Shown here: one piece after another, positions 30,453-39,991 of the stretch
Layout: each line of letters opens with the position of its first letter
Numbering within the stretch: the stretch's first letter is position 1
NCBI GenBank assembly: GCA_015064315.1
Contig: SVSL01000003.1
Span: 1,258-65,257, forward strand
DNA length: 64,000 bases
Direction: 5' to 3'
DNA from: Oscillospiraceae bacterium
GTDB lineage: Bacteria; Bacillota; Clostridia; Oscillospirales; CAG-272
Notes under the pieces: model-generated
The model's database searches: none
What the model saw: the letters and a program-made list of their open reading frames with translations, nothing else
Told to the model about the DNA's origin: nothing
Program-made: the position numbers and the translations under genes

Positions 30453-31097
30453 TCAAAGCAGTCCTTGGGGCAGTACGGTAACGTCATCCCCCAAATGATC
30501 CTGATAGTTTTTCAATACAACGCGACGGGCAATTCCCTCGTCGTCAAATTCCAAAGCGGTAATGGAAGAATTTTCAAATACCGCAATCTCGCAAAGCGCG
30601 GGCAGGGTCTTTTTCCAAATATCTGCCAAAGCGTTGATAATCCCCGCATGGGTATAAACGGCAACGGTCTTTCCCTGATTTTGCGCAAGAATCCGTTGTT
30701 GCGCAAGGAGCGCTCTCGTTCTGTACGCCTCGGGGCTCTCAGCCCCCTTTGGATAACTGCCGTCACGCTTTAACCAGCGTCGATACAGCTCGGGGAACTG
30801 TGCCGCAATTTCCTTGTTGGTTTTTCCCTCCCAAACGCCCACGGATCGCTCGCGCAGCTCTGGCGTGGGAATGATCTCCAAGCCGTACAGCGCGGCGGCG
30901 GGTGCCGCCGTTTGCATGGCACGCTTCAGATCGCTGGAATAGATGGCATCCAGAGAAAAGCTCCTTTTCAAAAACGTTGCGATCTTTTCTGCCTGGCGGA
31001 GCCCCAGCTCGGTCAGGTCAAAATCCATTTGTCCCGCAAATACGCGGAGTAGATTGGAGGTGCTTTGCCCGTGACGGACGAAAATCAAGGTGGTCAT
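30453..31097 (-). CDS. Histidine phosphatase family protein (paralog 1)
   Basis: RHGQS, SDLKRA, LRERSVGVWEG, THA; start overlaps the MFS stop codon. Confidence 0.9.
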   Translation of the reverse strand: MTTLIFVRHGQSTSNLLRVFAGQMDFDLTELGLRQAEKIATFLKRSFSLDAIYSSDLKRAMQTAAPAAALYGLEIIPTPELRERSVGVWEGKTNKEIAAQFPELYRRWLKRDGSYPKGAESPEAYRTRALLAQQRILAQNQGKTVAVYTHAGIINALADIWKKTLPALCEIAVFENSSITALEFDDEGIARRVVLKNYQDHLGDDVTVLPQGLL

Positions 31098-32296
31098 GAA
31101 GGCTTACCGTCATTCCTTTTTTGTTTTCTTCCCCAAAGGAGAACAACAATATTGATGATGGGAAAAATCAGCGCAAACAGGAAGGCATAGCGCAGCTCTC
31201 CCGCGAAAAATCCCGCCACTGAGCCTGCCAAAGGCGGTCCGATCAAGCATCCGGAATCTCCCGCCACCGCAAGCAGCGCGAACATGGCAAGACTGGCGCC
31301 CGGAAGTTTGGACGAAGCATAGCTCAAGGTTCCCGGCCAAAAGATTCCCACGCTGAAGCCACAAAGGGCGCATCCCACAAGTGAAAGAGCGGGATGAGGG
31401 GCAAACGCCGCCAAGAGATAGGCGACAATACAAAGGAAGCAGCTTCCGAGCATCATCCTCTTCAAATGGATGCGCTCGCTGAATTTTCCATAAAATACAC
31501 GACACAGCGCCATCATAAGCGCGAACATGCAGGGACCCAGCAGATCACCAAGGCTCTTTTCAACGCCAAGGGCGGATTCTACGAAATTGGACGCCCATTG
31601 GCTCATGATCATTTCCGAGGCGCCTGCGCAAAGCATCATCAAAAGGAAGCTGATGAACAAGGGATTTGCGAACAGACCGCGCACGCTTCCCTCCTTTGCT
31701 TTGGTTTCATCGGAGGGCAATTTATAAATGGGAACAAAGCAAAACGCAATGGCTCCCATAAAGGGAACGATCGCCCAGAAAAAGGGCAGATATTGCCAAT
31801 AGGTATCAATGTTAAAAAAGTGGAAAAAGATGCCCGAAAAAAGCACGACACCTGCCTGTCCCCAGCAATAGAAGGAGTGGAGCAGACTCATATTTCCCGA
31901 TTTTCCCTCGGTGGGACACGCCTCCATCAAAGGGCTGATCACAACCTCGGTAAAGCCGCCGCCAACGCCGAGCAATGCCTCGGCAAGAAGCAAGCCCCAA
32001 AGAGGCGGCATGATCTCGGGAAAGACAGCCAATCCCATCAGTCCCAGCACCGACGAAAAGTGGGCAAACACAATGCAAAGACGCAGATTCATGCTTCTTG
32101 CAAACAACGATGCCACCAGATCAATGGCAAGCTGAACGGCAAAATTAACGGCAATAAGCAAGCTGATCTGTCCAATCGTCAGCCCATAGCTGCGCTGAAA
32201 GGTGAGATACAACAACGGTGCCAAATTGATACAGATTGCCTGCGTAATGTAGCCGTTATAGCAGGCGAGCATGGTAGAACGGTAGGTAAGCTTCAT
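31094..32296 (-). CDS. MFS transporter (sugar-permease-like)
   Basis: About 12 hydrophobic segments; MSLLHSFYCWG and GASE...W motifs. Confidence 0.85.
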   Translation of the reverse strand: MKLTYRSTMLACYNGYITQAICINLAPLLYLTFQRSYGLTIGQISLLIAVNFAVQLAIDLVASLFARSMNLRLCIVFAHFSSVLGLMGLAVFPEIMPPLWGLLLAEALLGVGGGFTEVVISPLMEACPTEGKSGNMSLLHSFYCWGQAGVVLFSGIFFHFFNIDTYWQYLPFFWAIVPFMGAIAFCFVPIYKLPSDETKAKEGSVRGLFANPLFISFLLMMLCAGASEMIMSQWASNFVESALGVEKSLGDLLGPCMFALMMALCRVFYGKFSERIHLKRMMLGSCFLCIVAYLLAAFAPHPALSLVGCALCGFSVGIFWPGTLSYASSKLPGASLAMFALLAVAGDSGCLIGPPLAGSVAGFFAGELRYAFLFALIFPIINIVVLLWGRKQKRNDGKPS

Positions 32297-32529
32297 GGTA
32301 ATCCTTTTTTCAATCTCGGGTTTCAAAAATGATCCTATTCTGGGATATTATAACACACCTTTGGGACTTTGTAAACCCCAAATGGAAAATCTTTTGAGAA
32401 TAAAGCGGTTGTAATAAATTTTGAAGAAAACTTTTTTGAGAAATCCTGCTTTTCTATGGACTTTTGAAAGCTTTTATGATATACTGTTGACTGCGGTCAA
32501 GTTTTTTGGAAAGGAGGCGGTTTTGGAAA

Positions 32530-33222
32530 ATGCAATCGAAAAAGTCCTGTTTTTTCTGTGTTGATCTTTGGATTCTGACGGCTGCTGTACTCAATCTTGT
32601 TGCGTTTATAGTGCATGAAATCGTGATGCGCAACGACCAGTTTCCCATCACGCGCGCAATCCTTTTGGCGGTGAACTGCCTGCTTTTCTACGTGGGCGGC
32701 TATCTCTTTTCCAAAAGAACGGGGGACAAAAGGATTTTGAAGAGGCTCTTTTTCCTTTTCTTCCTTCTGTACCTCTATCTTTTGCTCTCGCTGACGCTTT
32801 TGGATCCCTCTATGGGAAGAGGGCAAAATTCGGTTTACACCTCCATTGAGAAAACACGGCAGGCTTACAGAGAAAGGTTTGTCAATCTCGTTCCCTTCCG
32901 CAGTATCTATCACGTTTATATCAAGGGCTTTTTGAGGGGCTACATCAGCGCTTATTACACGCTTTTGAATCTGCTTGGAAACATCTTGGCGCTGGCACCG
33001 CTGGCCTTCTTTCTCCCATACTTTTTCCCCTCGCAAGCCAAATGGTATCGCTTTTTGCCAACGGCAATGCTATGGGTGCTCCTGATCGAAGCCCTTCAAT
33101 TTTGTTTCATGATCGGCTCCTGTGACGTGGACGATCTGATCCTGAACGCGGGTGGCTCGTTTTTGTTCTTTCTCATCTTAAAAATCCCTTTTGTAAATAA
33201 ATTGATTTTGAAATTGACGTAA
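32530..33222 (+). CDS. VanZ family membrane protein
   Basis: NLVPF, NLLGNILALAPL, IEALQ and DVDDLILNAGG motifs. Confidence 0.85.
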   Translation: MQSKKSCFFCVDLWILTAAVLNLVAFIVHEIVMRNDQFPITRAILLAVNCLLFYVGGYLFSKRTGDKRILKRLFFLFFLLYLYLLLSLTLLDPSMGRGQNSVYTSIEKTRQAYRERFVNLVPFRSIYHVYIKGFLRGYISAYYTLLNLLGNILALAPLAFFLPYFFPSQAKWYRFLPTAMLWVLLIEALQFCFMIGSCDVDDLILNAGGSFLFFLILKIPFVNKLILKLT

Positions 33223-33265
33223 AAAAGCAGAGGACCGAACAAGGTTTGTTCGATCCTCTGTTTTT

Positions 33266-33937
33266 TTAGCTTACGGTTCGAAATCCGTAGCTTCTTGCAT
33301 AGACCTGCGCGTAAGAGCCCACGGGACAACGAATGGTAAGCGCCGCGCTGCAATTTTCAAAGGCGCCGTATTCCACGCTTTGCAGGCTCGCGGGAAGCGT
33401 GACGTCGGTGAGGAACACACAGCCCGAAAAAGCAAACCATCCAATCTCCTTCACGCCCGACGGAATCACAACGGAAGCAAGCACCGTGTTGTTCTCAAAC
33501 GCTCTATCGGCAATGGCTACCACGGGATAGCCGTCCAGAGTGGCGGGGATCCGCACCTCCGAGGCATTTCCCCTATAAGCGGTCAAAATGGCTTTCCCAT
33601 CCTTTTTTGTGTATTCGAACAGCGACTCCGAGGGAAGTGCTTCAGCTGCTCCGTTCCCCTTCAAATCAGAGATCTGCGATTCGTATTCCACCCGATTGGT
33701 GTAGAGCTGGGTCTTCAGGTCAAGGATCTCCTGCTGAAGCTCTCCCAAAAGTCCCTCGTAATACACAATTTTGCTCTGTGCCGCATCCAGCGCGATACGG
33801 TCGGAGCCGCTCTCGGCATCCAAAAGGAACGTTGGCGCTTGCAGCTCTTCCGTCCCCGCCGCGCCGTCTGCTTTTTGTGCGGAGCAGCCGCATAAAAGCG
33901 CGCAAAAAATGCAACAGACTGCCAAGGTTTTCTTCAT
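33266..33937 (-). CDS. Small LRR (BspA-type) lipoprotein with a coiled-coil segment
   Basis: Lipobox-like LCGC; heptad region; IP..V..IG..AF..C repeats. Confidence 0.82.
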   Translation of the reverse strand: MKKTLAVCCIFCALLCGCSAQKADGAAGTEELQAPTFLLDAESGSDRIALDAAQSKIVYYEGLLGELQQEILDLKTQLYTNRVEYESQISDLKGNGAAEALPSESLFEYTKKDGKAILTAYRGNASEVRIPATLDGYPVVAIADRAFENNTVLASVVIPSGVKEIGWFAFSGCVFLTDVTLPASLQSVEYGAFENCSAALTIRCPVGSYAQVYARSYGFRTVS

Positions 33938-34166
33938 AAGTAAAAAACTCCTTTCTTTTTTGGGTTGTCCTTATCATATCACATTCGCCCTGTCGAAGTT
34001 ACGGGATTTAGGGAGGAGATAAAAATTTTCACAAAAAGAAAGGCTTTCACTCTTCTCTGCATTCTTAGCGGAGAAATGATATAACGAAAAGCCTCCCTTG
34101 TGTAAAGGAGACTTTTGTTGATTGATGCATCAATATTCTCAACAAATTGGAATTTGGAGAACAGAA

Positions 34167-34622
34167 TCAAGATAATTCTTTAACATACAAACGGTCAATT
34201 CCGTTCCCGTAATTTACGATATCTTTAACATAGCAATAGCCGTATTTCTCGTATAAGCCTATGTGTTCCGTTGGAATATAGGTCTTTTCAAACCCAATCT
34301 CTTTGGCATACCGGTTGGCAAACTCGATGAGTCTTCCGCCTATTCGATTGCCACGATATTCCTCGCTCACAAAAAGGGTCGATATCCAAGGAAAAATCCG
34401 GGGCAAAGGATAATAGTCGGATTTCATGATGGTCACCATTCCAACAATTTTTTCATTCGCTATTGCTACGAACGGAGTTTCCCATGCTTCGAATTCCCAA
34501 TTTTCAAGCACTCTCACCGTATGCTCTTTTACATCCAGCCAAGAGAAGTTCTTTACAAAGTTCAGCAAGTCATCTGCCAAAGGAGTTCCCTTATCTACTT
34601 TTTGAAGTTCAATAGCTTCCAT
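34167..34622 (-). CDS. GNAT family acetyltransferase
   Basis: LFVSEEYRGNRIG acetyl-CoA-binding motif; GLYEKYGY. Confidence 0.88.
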   Translation of the reverse strand: MEAIELQKVDKGTPLADDLLNFVKNFSWLDVKEHTVRVLENWEFEAWETPFVAIANEKIVGMVTIMKSDYYPLPRIFPWISTLFVSEEYRGNRIGGRLIEFANRYAKEIGFEKTYIPTEHIGLYEKYGYCYVKDIVNYGNGIDRLYVKELS

Positions 34623-34822
34623 TTTCCTACCTCCCATATTTTCCAAATTCTTATTTATCGCTTACATTTACCGTAGATGGATCGTTCCGATTGCACACCC
34701 TAATTATAGCATAAAAACCGCAGAAAATCAATCTGCGGTTTCTGTTTTTCTGTCGGTAGAGAAAAACGCTCTTTCGGGTGCGCCCCTGTTTCTTCGTTTT
34801 TTTGCGACAGCTTCAGATTCGG

Positions 34823-34858
34823 TGGCACACCTTGGCACAAAATGACACGGTTGGCACA
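34823..34858 (+). promoter_or_regulatory. Four helically phased direct repeats TG(G/A)CAC upstream of the head module
   Basis: tggcaca at 34823, tggcaca at 34833, tgacacg at 34843, tggcaca at 34852. Confidence 0.6.
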
Positions 34859-34925
34859 AACAGGAATGCTAAAATCTTGTTGCACAGAACACATAAGGAT
34901 GCAAAAAGGAGGTGATAACCTTGGT

Positions 34926-35336
34926 GTGAATCATGAAAAGCAGGAAGACCGTCAGGTCACTTTGGAAAGCGCGGTGACCGAAGCGGAGCTTCTTGAGCAA
35001 TTAGACCAATATCTGCAAAGCTGCCGTCCGCCCCCCACGGAGGAGCGCAAGAATGCGGCGGTCCCCTTCCCCAATCTGGCGGGCTTTTGCCGTCACATGA
35101 ATTGGGGAAGCACGGAAATGGAGCTTCTCAAGCAATCAAGCCCCGAGCTTCATGATCGAATCTGCACCGTTTTGGAAGATGAAGCGCTGAATTCCGATCT
35201 ATCCGCCTCGGTGCTGACCGCCTACCTCAAGCAACGCATCTGGCGCGCCGAGCCTACTCCCGATAAAAGCGCCGTGTCAGGAGGAGATCAGCTTCGGTTG
35301 ATCTTCGAGCACGATATTCTGGAGGACGGCTCATGA
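34926..35336 (+). CDS. Putative terminase small subunit
   Basis: GTG after AGGAGGTG; PNLAGFCRHM HTH-like segment; stop overlaps the terL start (ATGA). Call is mainly positional. Confidence 0.6.
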   Translation: MNHEKQEDRQVTLESAVTEAELLEQLDQYLQSCRPPPTEERKNAAVPFPNLAGFCRHMNWGSTEMELLKQSSPELHDRICTVLEDEALNSDLSASVLTAYLKQRIWRAEPTPDKSAVSGGDQLRLIFEHDILEDGS

Positions 35337-36658
35337 GGATCCCCTCAAAAACGCGACGGATCCGAGGCAAGCCCAATGAGCGCCAAAAGCTCTTTTTCGC
35401 CTCCCGTGCCCGCTATACCGCCTACGGCGGTGCTCGCGGTGGCGGAAAATCCTGGGCGCTTCGGCGCAAGCTCGTAGGGCTCTGCCTGCGCTATGCCGGA
35501 ATCCACTGCTTATTGGTCAGACGTTCCCTGGGGGAATTGAAGGCAAATCACGTTCGTCCCATTCTGGAGGAATACGGCGACGCAGTCTGCTGGCACGAGG
35601 GAGAAAAGCTTTTCCGGTTCCCAAACGGAAGCGTGATCGCATTGGGCTTTTGCGCCTGTGACCGCGACGCATTGCGGTATCAGGGACAGGAATACGACAT
35701 CATCGCCATCGACGAGGCAACGCAACTGAGCGAATATCAGTTTTCTATTTTTAAGGCCTGTCTGCGAGGCGTTGGTGACGTTCCAAGAAGAATGTACCTG
35801 ACCTGCAATCCGGGTGGCATCGGTCACGGGTGGGTCAAAAGACTCTTTGTGGATCGGGAATACCGCTCGGATGAAAACGCCGAGGACTATTGCTTTATCC
35901 CCGCTCTTGTTTATGACAATCCCGTGCTGCTCAAAGCCGACCCCGCTTACGTAAAGCAGCTGGAATCCTTGCCCAAAAAGCTGAAGGATGCCTGGCTCTA
36001 CGGCAGATGGGACGTATTTGAGGGACAGTTTTTTCCCGAATTCCGTCAAGAGCTTCACGTGGTTGCCAAGGAAGCGATTCCCTCTCCCTTGCGTTATTTT
36101 GCGGCAATGGATTACGGCTTTGATATGCTGGCGGCACTCCTTCTGGGCATTGACCGCGGCGGCAATCTCTTTGTCATCAACGAGGTCTGTATCCCGGGGC
36201 TTACCTTACGGGAGGCGGCAGAGCGTGTGGCAGCACTCTGCCGTGGATATGAGGTTGAATACATCGTTTCCTCCCCCGATCTCTGGAACCGACGGCAGGA
36301 TACCGGAAGAAGCGGATTTGAAGTCATGCAAGGCGTTTACGGGATGCCCCCCATGCAGGCGGCGGATAACCGTCGCGTCCCGGGATGGCGCATCCTAAGG
36401 GAGTATCTCAACTCCTCTCAAGAATCGCCCGCACTCCGAATCTCCTCCGACTGCAAAACGCTGATCCGTTCCCTGCCCGCCCTTCTTTGCGACGCGCTTC
36501 GAATCGAGGATGCCTCGGACTCCCCACACGAGATCACCCATGCCCCCGAGGCACTTCGATATGCCGTTATGAGTCGCAATCGCCCGTGGGAGGAGCGTGA
36601 CGCGCCCGATCGCAATTTCCGGTTTCCCAAAAAGCCAAGCAGGCTTTTTTCGGATTGA
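35333..36658 (+). CDS. terL: Terminase large subunit
   Basis: Q motif (PNERQ), Walker A GGARGGGKS, Walker B IAIDEA, coupling motif TCNP, nuclease AMDYG and HAPEALRY. Confidence 0.93.
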   Translation: MRIPSKTRRIRGKPNERQKLFFASRARYTAYGGARGGGKSWALRRKLVGLCLRYAGIHCLLVRRSLGELKANHVRPILEEYGDAVCWHEGEKLFRFPNGSVIALGFCACDRDALRYQGQEYDIIAIDEATQLSEYQFSIFKACLRGVGDVPRRMYLTCNPGGIGHGWVKRLFVDREYRSDENAEDYCFIPALVYDNPVLLKADPAYVKQLESLPKKLKDAWLYGRWDVFEGQFFPEFRQELHVVAKEAIPSPLRYFAAMDYGFDMLAALLLGIDRGGNLFVINEVCIPGLTLREAAERVAALCRGYEVEYIVSSPDLWNRRQDTGRSGFEVMQGVYGMPPMQAADNRRVPGWRILREYLNSSQESPALRISSDCKTLIRSLPALLCDALRIEDASDSPHEITHAPEALRYAVMSRNRPWEERDAPDRNFRFPKKPSRLFSD

Positions 36659-36721
36659 TCCTTCCTGTGTTCTGTGCAGCGCAAAGCGCCAATCCCATGC
36701 ATTCTTTGAAAGGAAAAAACT

Positions 36722-38434
36722 ATGTCAAAAATCAAAATTGAAAAAGCCTATGCAAAACATCGAGTCAGCTCCTTTGGCGGTATGCGGGAAGGGCTCTCCA
36801 AAAACGGCGAAAGTGCCTCGGATATCCGCAATTTACGGATCACCTCCGACGGCTCTTTGGAAAAGAGAAGCGGATGGAGGCTGTGGAAAAGCTTCTCCGA
36901 CCCTTTAAGAGGCTTTTGGGAAGGTACCCTTAACGACGAATATTACGTCTTTGCGGTAGCCGGAAAAAATCTCTATCGGGTGTATGACACCCAAAATTCC
37001 GTTCTGATCGGCTTGCTGAACACCACAGAGGGACAAATCCACTTTTTGCGATACAACGACAGGCTCTATCTGCCGGACGGCGATACGATCCGCGTGTTTG
37101 ACACCGACACCGAGAGCTTCATTTTGGCAAGAGGCTACGTTCCCTTGTACGGGCGCAACTGGCATCCCACCCAAATGGGCGACGTCAACGAGCCCCTCAA
37201 CCTGATGAATCAAAATCTCCGCATCCACTATCTGAACGCAAGGGGAGAAAAAAGCTTTACACTTCCCTTTTTTGCCTCCTCATTGGACAGCGTACGGGTA
37301 AACAACCAAAGAACCACTGCCTATACCTTTACGCCCGGCAGCGATAGCTTTACCCTTCCCTCCGCAGCCGCGGGAGACTCGGTGGAGGTCGCCATGACGA
37401 TCAGCGGTACCAACGCACTGAATCAACAGCTGCATCGCGTCACAAGGGGCTGCCTGTACCGCAACGGAGCCCTGGAGCAGCTCTTTCTCTACGGCGCGCC
37501 TCAAGGATACAGAATCTTCGGAACCACAAGTGTCAGCGACATTATGCTCGCCGCCTGCTCGGTTTTCTATTCCGATTGCGATCCTCTGTATTGCACGCAA
37601 AGCCAGATGCTTTTGATCGGTGACACCGATCACCCCGTAACAGCAATCACGCCAAACTTCGATCGCCTCCTGGCGTTTACCACAAAAGAGACCCACAGCA
37701 TCAGTATTGACCGGGATCAACTCTACTCCTATCCCGTGCTTTCCGATCTCGGCTGCAGCGCAAAGGATGCGACGGCACAAATCGGAAACGACGTTATTGT
37801 ATTGAACGCGCGTGGCGTCTGTCGCTTACACGCTACCGCATCCGATCCCGACAGTCTTTCGGTGAGTAACCTTTCCGAAGCACTTGGAACAACTTGGAGC
37901 AAAAATCTTTCGGAAAGCACGGTATTCTTCTGGGACAACGTCAAGCAGGAGCTTTGGGTCATGGACACCTCCAAATACAACGAGGGAATTGTCTGGATCT
38001 GGAACGCGGAATTGGAGGAATGGTATTGCTTTGATGGAATCCGCGCGCTCTTCTTCGCATTCTATCAAGGAAAAATTCTGTTTGGGGCGGAAAAGGATCT
38101 GCGTATATTTGAGGAAGGACTCGGCAACGACGGCGGAACGGATTTCAATGCCTACTATCAAAGCAATTACATGAGCTTTGATTCTGCCTCCGCTATCAAA
38201 AGAGCCTTGCGAGTCGTTATTTCCGCCACCACCGACGGCTCGGATCTGCAATTGGATCTGGAAACCGAAAATATGCTTCGAAGCTTTTTATTGGAAGGCA
38301 AAAACAGAAACGCCCCCTCCGTTCTCGACGTTCGCTTTGCCCCCGGCCGTTTTCGATTTTTCCGTTATCGGATCACCTGCATAGGCAACCGTGCCTCTAA
38401 AATTCACGAGGCAAATTTCTTTACCACTCTCTGA
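36722..38434 (+). CDS. Putative podovirus-type tail nozzle or head-stabilisation protein
   Basis: N-terminal FGG...N.RI..DGSLEKRSG pattern and beta-rich body resemble P22 gp10 / T7 gp12-like nozzles (pattern recall, not searched). Confidence 0.55.
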   Translation: MSKIKIEKAYAKHRVSSFGGMREGLSKNGESASDIRNLRITSDGSLEKRSGWRLWKSFSDPLRGFWEGTLNDEYYVFAVAGKNLYRVYDTQNSVLIGLLNTTEGQIHFLRYNDRLYLPDGDTIRVFDTDTESFILARGYVPLYGRNWHPTQMGDVNEPLNLMNQNLRIHYLNARGEKSFTLPFFASSLDSVRVNNQRTTAYTFTPGSDSFTLPSAAAGDSVEVAMTISGTNALNQQLHRVTRGCLYRNGALEQLFLYGAPQGYRIFGTTSVSDIMLAACSVFYSDCDPLYCTQSQMLLIGDTDHPVTAITPNFDRLLAFTTKETHSISIDRDQLYSYPVLSDLGCSAKDATAQIGNDVIVLNARGVCRLHATASDPDSLSVSNLSEALGTTWSKNLSESTVFFWDNVKQELWVMDTSKYNEGIVWIWNAELEEWYCFDGIRALFFAFYQGKILFGAEKDLRIFEEGLGNDGGTDFNAYYQSNYMSFDSASAIKRALRVVISATTDGSDLQLDLETENMLRSFLLEGKNRNAPSVLDVRFAPGRFRFFRYRITCIGNRASKIHEANFFTTL

Positions 38435-38446
38435 GAAAGGAGTAAT

Positions 38447-39991
38447 ATGGAATTTTCTATTGAAAAAACATGGAAACAGTACGAAGCAGGAAAGGAACAC
38501 AAGCGCCGCATCGGACTTTACGAGACCGTAAGAAGAAACGAGCGCTTTTACCGAGGAGATCAGTGGTCGGGAAGCAACGCGGATCTTCCCCATCCGGTGT
38601 TCAATCTGACCCGTCGCATCACCGACTATCTGGTCTGCGCCGTAGCCCCCGAGCGGCTCACCGTAACCTACACCGACGACAAGCTTCCCTTTATCGACAA
38701 CGCGAGTCTTCGCGCCACCGTTCAAAACGGACTGACGCTGCTCAGTAAAAACGCCTCCTACCGCTGGAAGCAGAATCAGATGAACGCGCTCTCCTATCAG
38801 GCGCTCATGGATGCGGCAATCTCGGGAGACGGTGTATTCTACTGCTGGTGGGACGCCCAACATCAAAACGGGCAACCCTTTCTGGGGGACATCCGCACCG
38901 ATCTTTTGGACAACGTCAATCTTTTCGTAGCCGACGTCAACCGCGCCGATCTGCAATCCCAGGATTATATCATTCTCTCGGGAAGAGCTACGGTGGAGGC
39001 ACTTCGGAACGAAGCCCGCGATGCGGGAAGAACGGAAGAGGATTTGCTGCATATCGTTCCGGACAGTGATCTTGACGGTGCCTTTGACAACGGTCTTTCA
39101 GCAGAGCAGATCGGGTGTGAAAAGGCAACCTATCTGATCTGCTTTTATCGGGACGGCGGTGAGGTGGTCTTTGAAAAATCCACCAAAAACTGTCTGATCA
39201 AAAAGGTGCGAACCGGACTCAAGTACTATCCCGTTGCCTATTTTAACTGGCACGGAACCAAAAACAGCTTCCACGGCTTCTCCCCCGTCAGCGATCTCAT
39301 TGCCAATCAGAAGTATATCAACACCGCCTATGCCATGGCAATGAAGCACATGAGCGACACGGCGTTCTCCAAGATCATCTATGACAAATCCAGAATTCCC
39401 GAATGGTCCAACGAGGTTGGAGAAGCCATTGCCGCCATGGGCGGCGGCAACGTTGCCGATGCGGTATCCGTGGTTGGCGTTGGCAGTATGCAGGAGGGAT
39501 ACCTGGATCTGATCTCCAACGTCATTGATACTACCAAGGATATGATGGGCGCCACCGACTCGGCGTTGGGCAACGAGGAGGCGCACAACACCAGTGCGAT
39601 CCTTGCCCTGCAAAAGGTATCGCAGATCTCCCTGTTACAGGTAAAGGCAAACTTCTGCAAATGCATTGGAGAGCTTGCTACCATCTGGGCGGATATGCTT
39701 TGTACCTACTGTCCGCAGGAGCGTCTTCTGGCAGTCATCGGTGAGAACGGCGTTGAAGCCGATCACGTTGACTACGCGTTGCTTCGTCAGGAGCTTCTGC
39801 GTGCCACCGCGGAGCTGGAGGATGCCGGACAGTTCTCTGCCTCGGCTACGGTAACGCTTCTCGACAAGCTGCTGGAAAAGCAGTATCTGAGCGTGGAGCA
39901 ATACTTGGAGCTTCTCCCTGCGGGAAGCATTACGAATCGCGAAGCGCTGATTCAAAAAATCCATGAGAAAGGAACGATGCAAAATGAATGA
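38447..39991 (+). CDS. Phage portal protein (P22-like)
   Basis: NERFYRGDQW...PVFN, DAAISGDG and NTSAILALQ patterns; 514 aa, upstream of scaffold and capsid genes. Confidence 0.8.
   Translation: MEFSIEKTWKQYEAGKEHKRRIGLYETVRRNERFYRGDQWSGSNADLPHPVFNLTRRITDYLVCAVAPERLTVTYTDDKLPFIDNASLRATVQNGLTLLSKNASYRWKQNQMNALSYQALMDAAISGDGVFYCWWDAQHQNGQPFLGDIRTDLLDNVNLFVADVNRADLQSQDYIILSGRATVEALRNEARDAGRTEEDLLHIVPDSDLDGAFDNGLSAEQIGCEKATYLICFYRDGGEVVFEKSTKNCLIKKVRTGLKYYPVAYFNWHGTKNSFHGFSPVSDLIANQKYINTAYAMAMKHMSDTAFSKIIYDKSRIPEWSNEVGEAIAAMGGGNVADAVSVVGVGSMQEGYLDLISNVIDTTKDMMGATDSALGNEEAHNTSAILALQKVSQISLLQVKANFCKCIGELATIWADMLCTYCPQERLLAVIGENGVEADHVDYALLRQELLRATAELEDAGQFSASATVTLLDKLLEKQYLSVEQYLELLPAGSITNREALIQKIHEKGTMQNE

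Noticed and set aside
32530-33222. Glycopeptide resistance locus
   Set aside because: A lone VanZ-family gene without vanHAX or vanRS; such genes are widespread.
34821-34870. Sigma-54 promoter suggested by TGGCAC
   Set aside because: None of the copies has GC at the required 10-bp distance from GG (9 or 13 bp seen).
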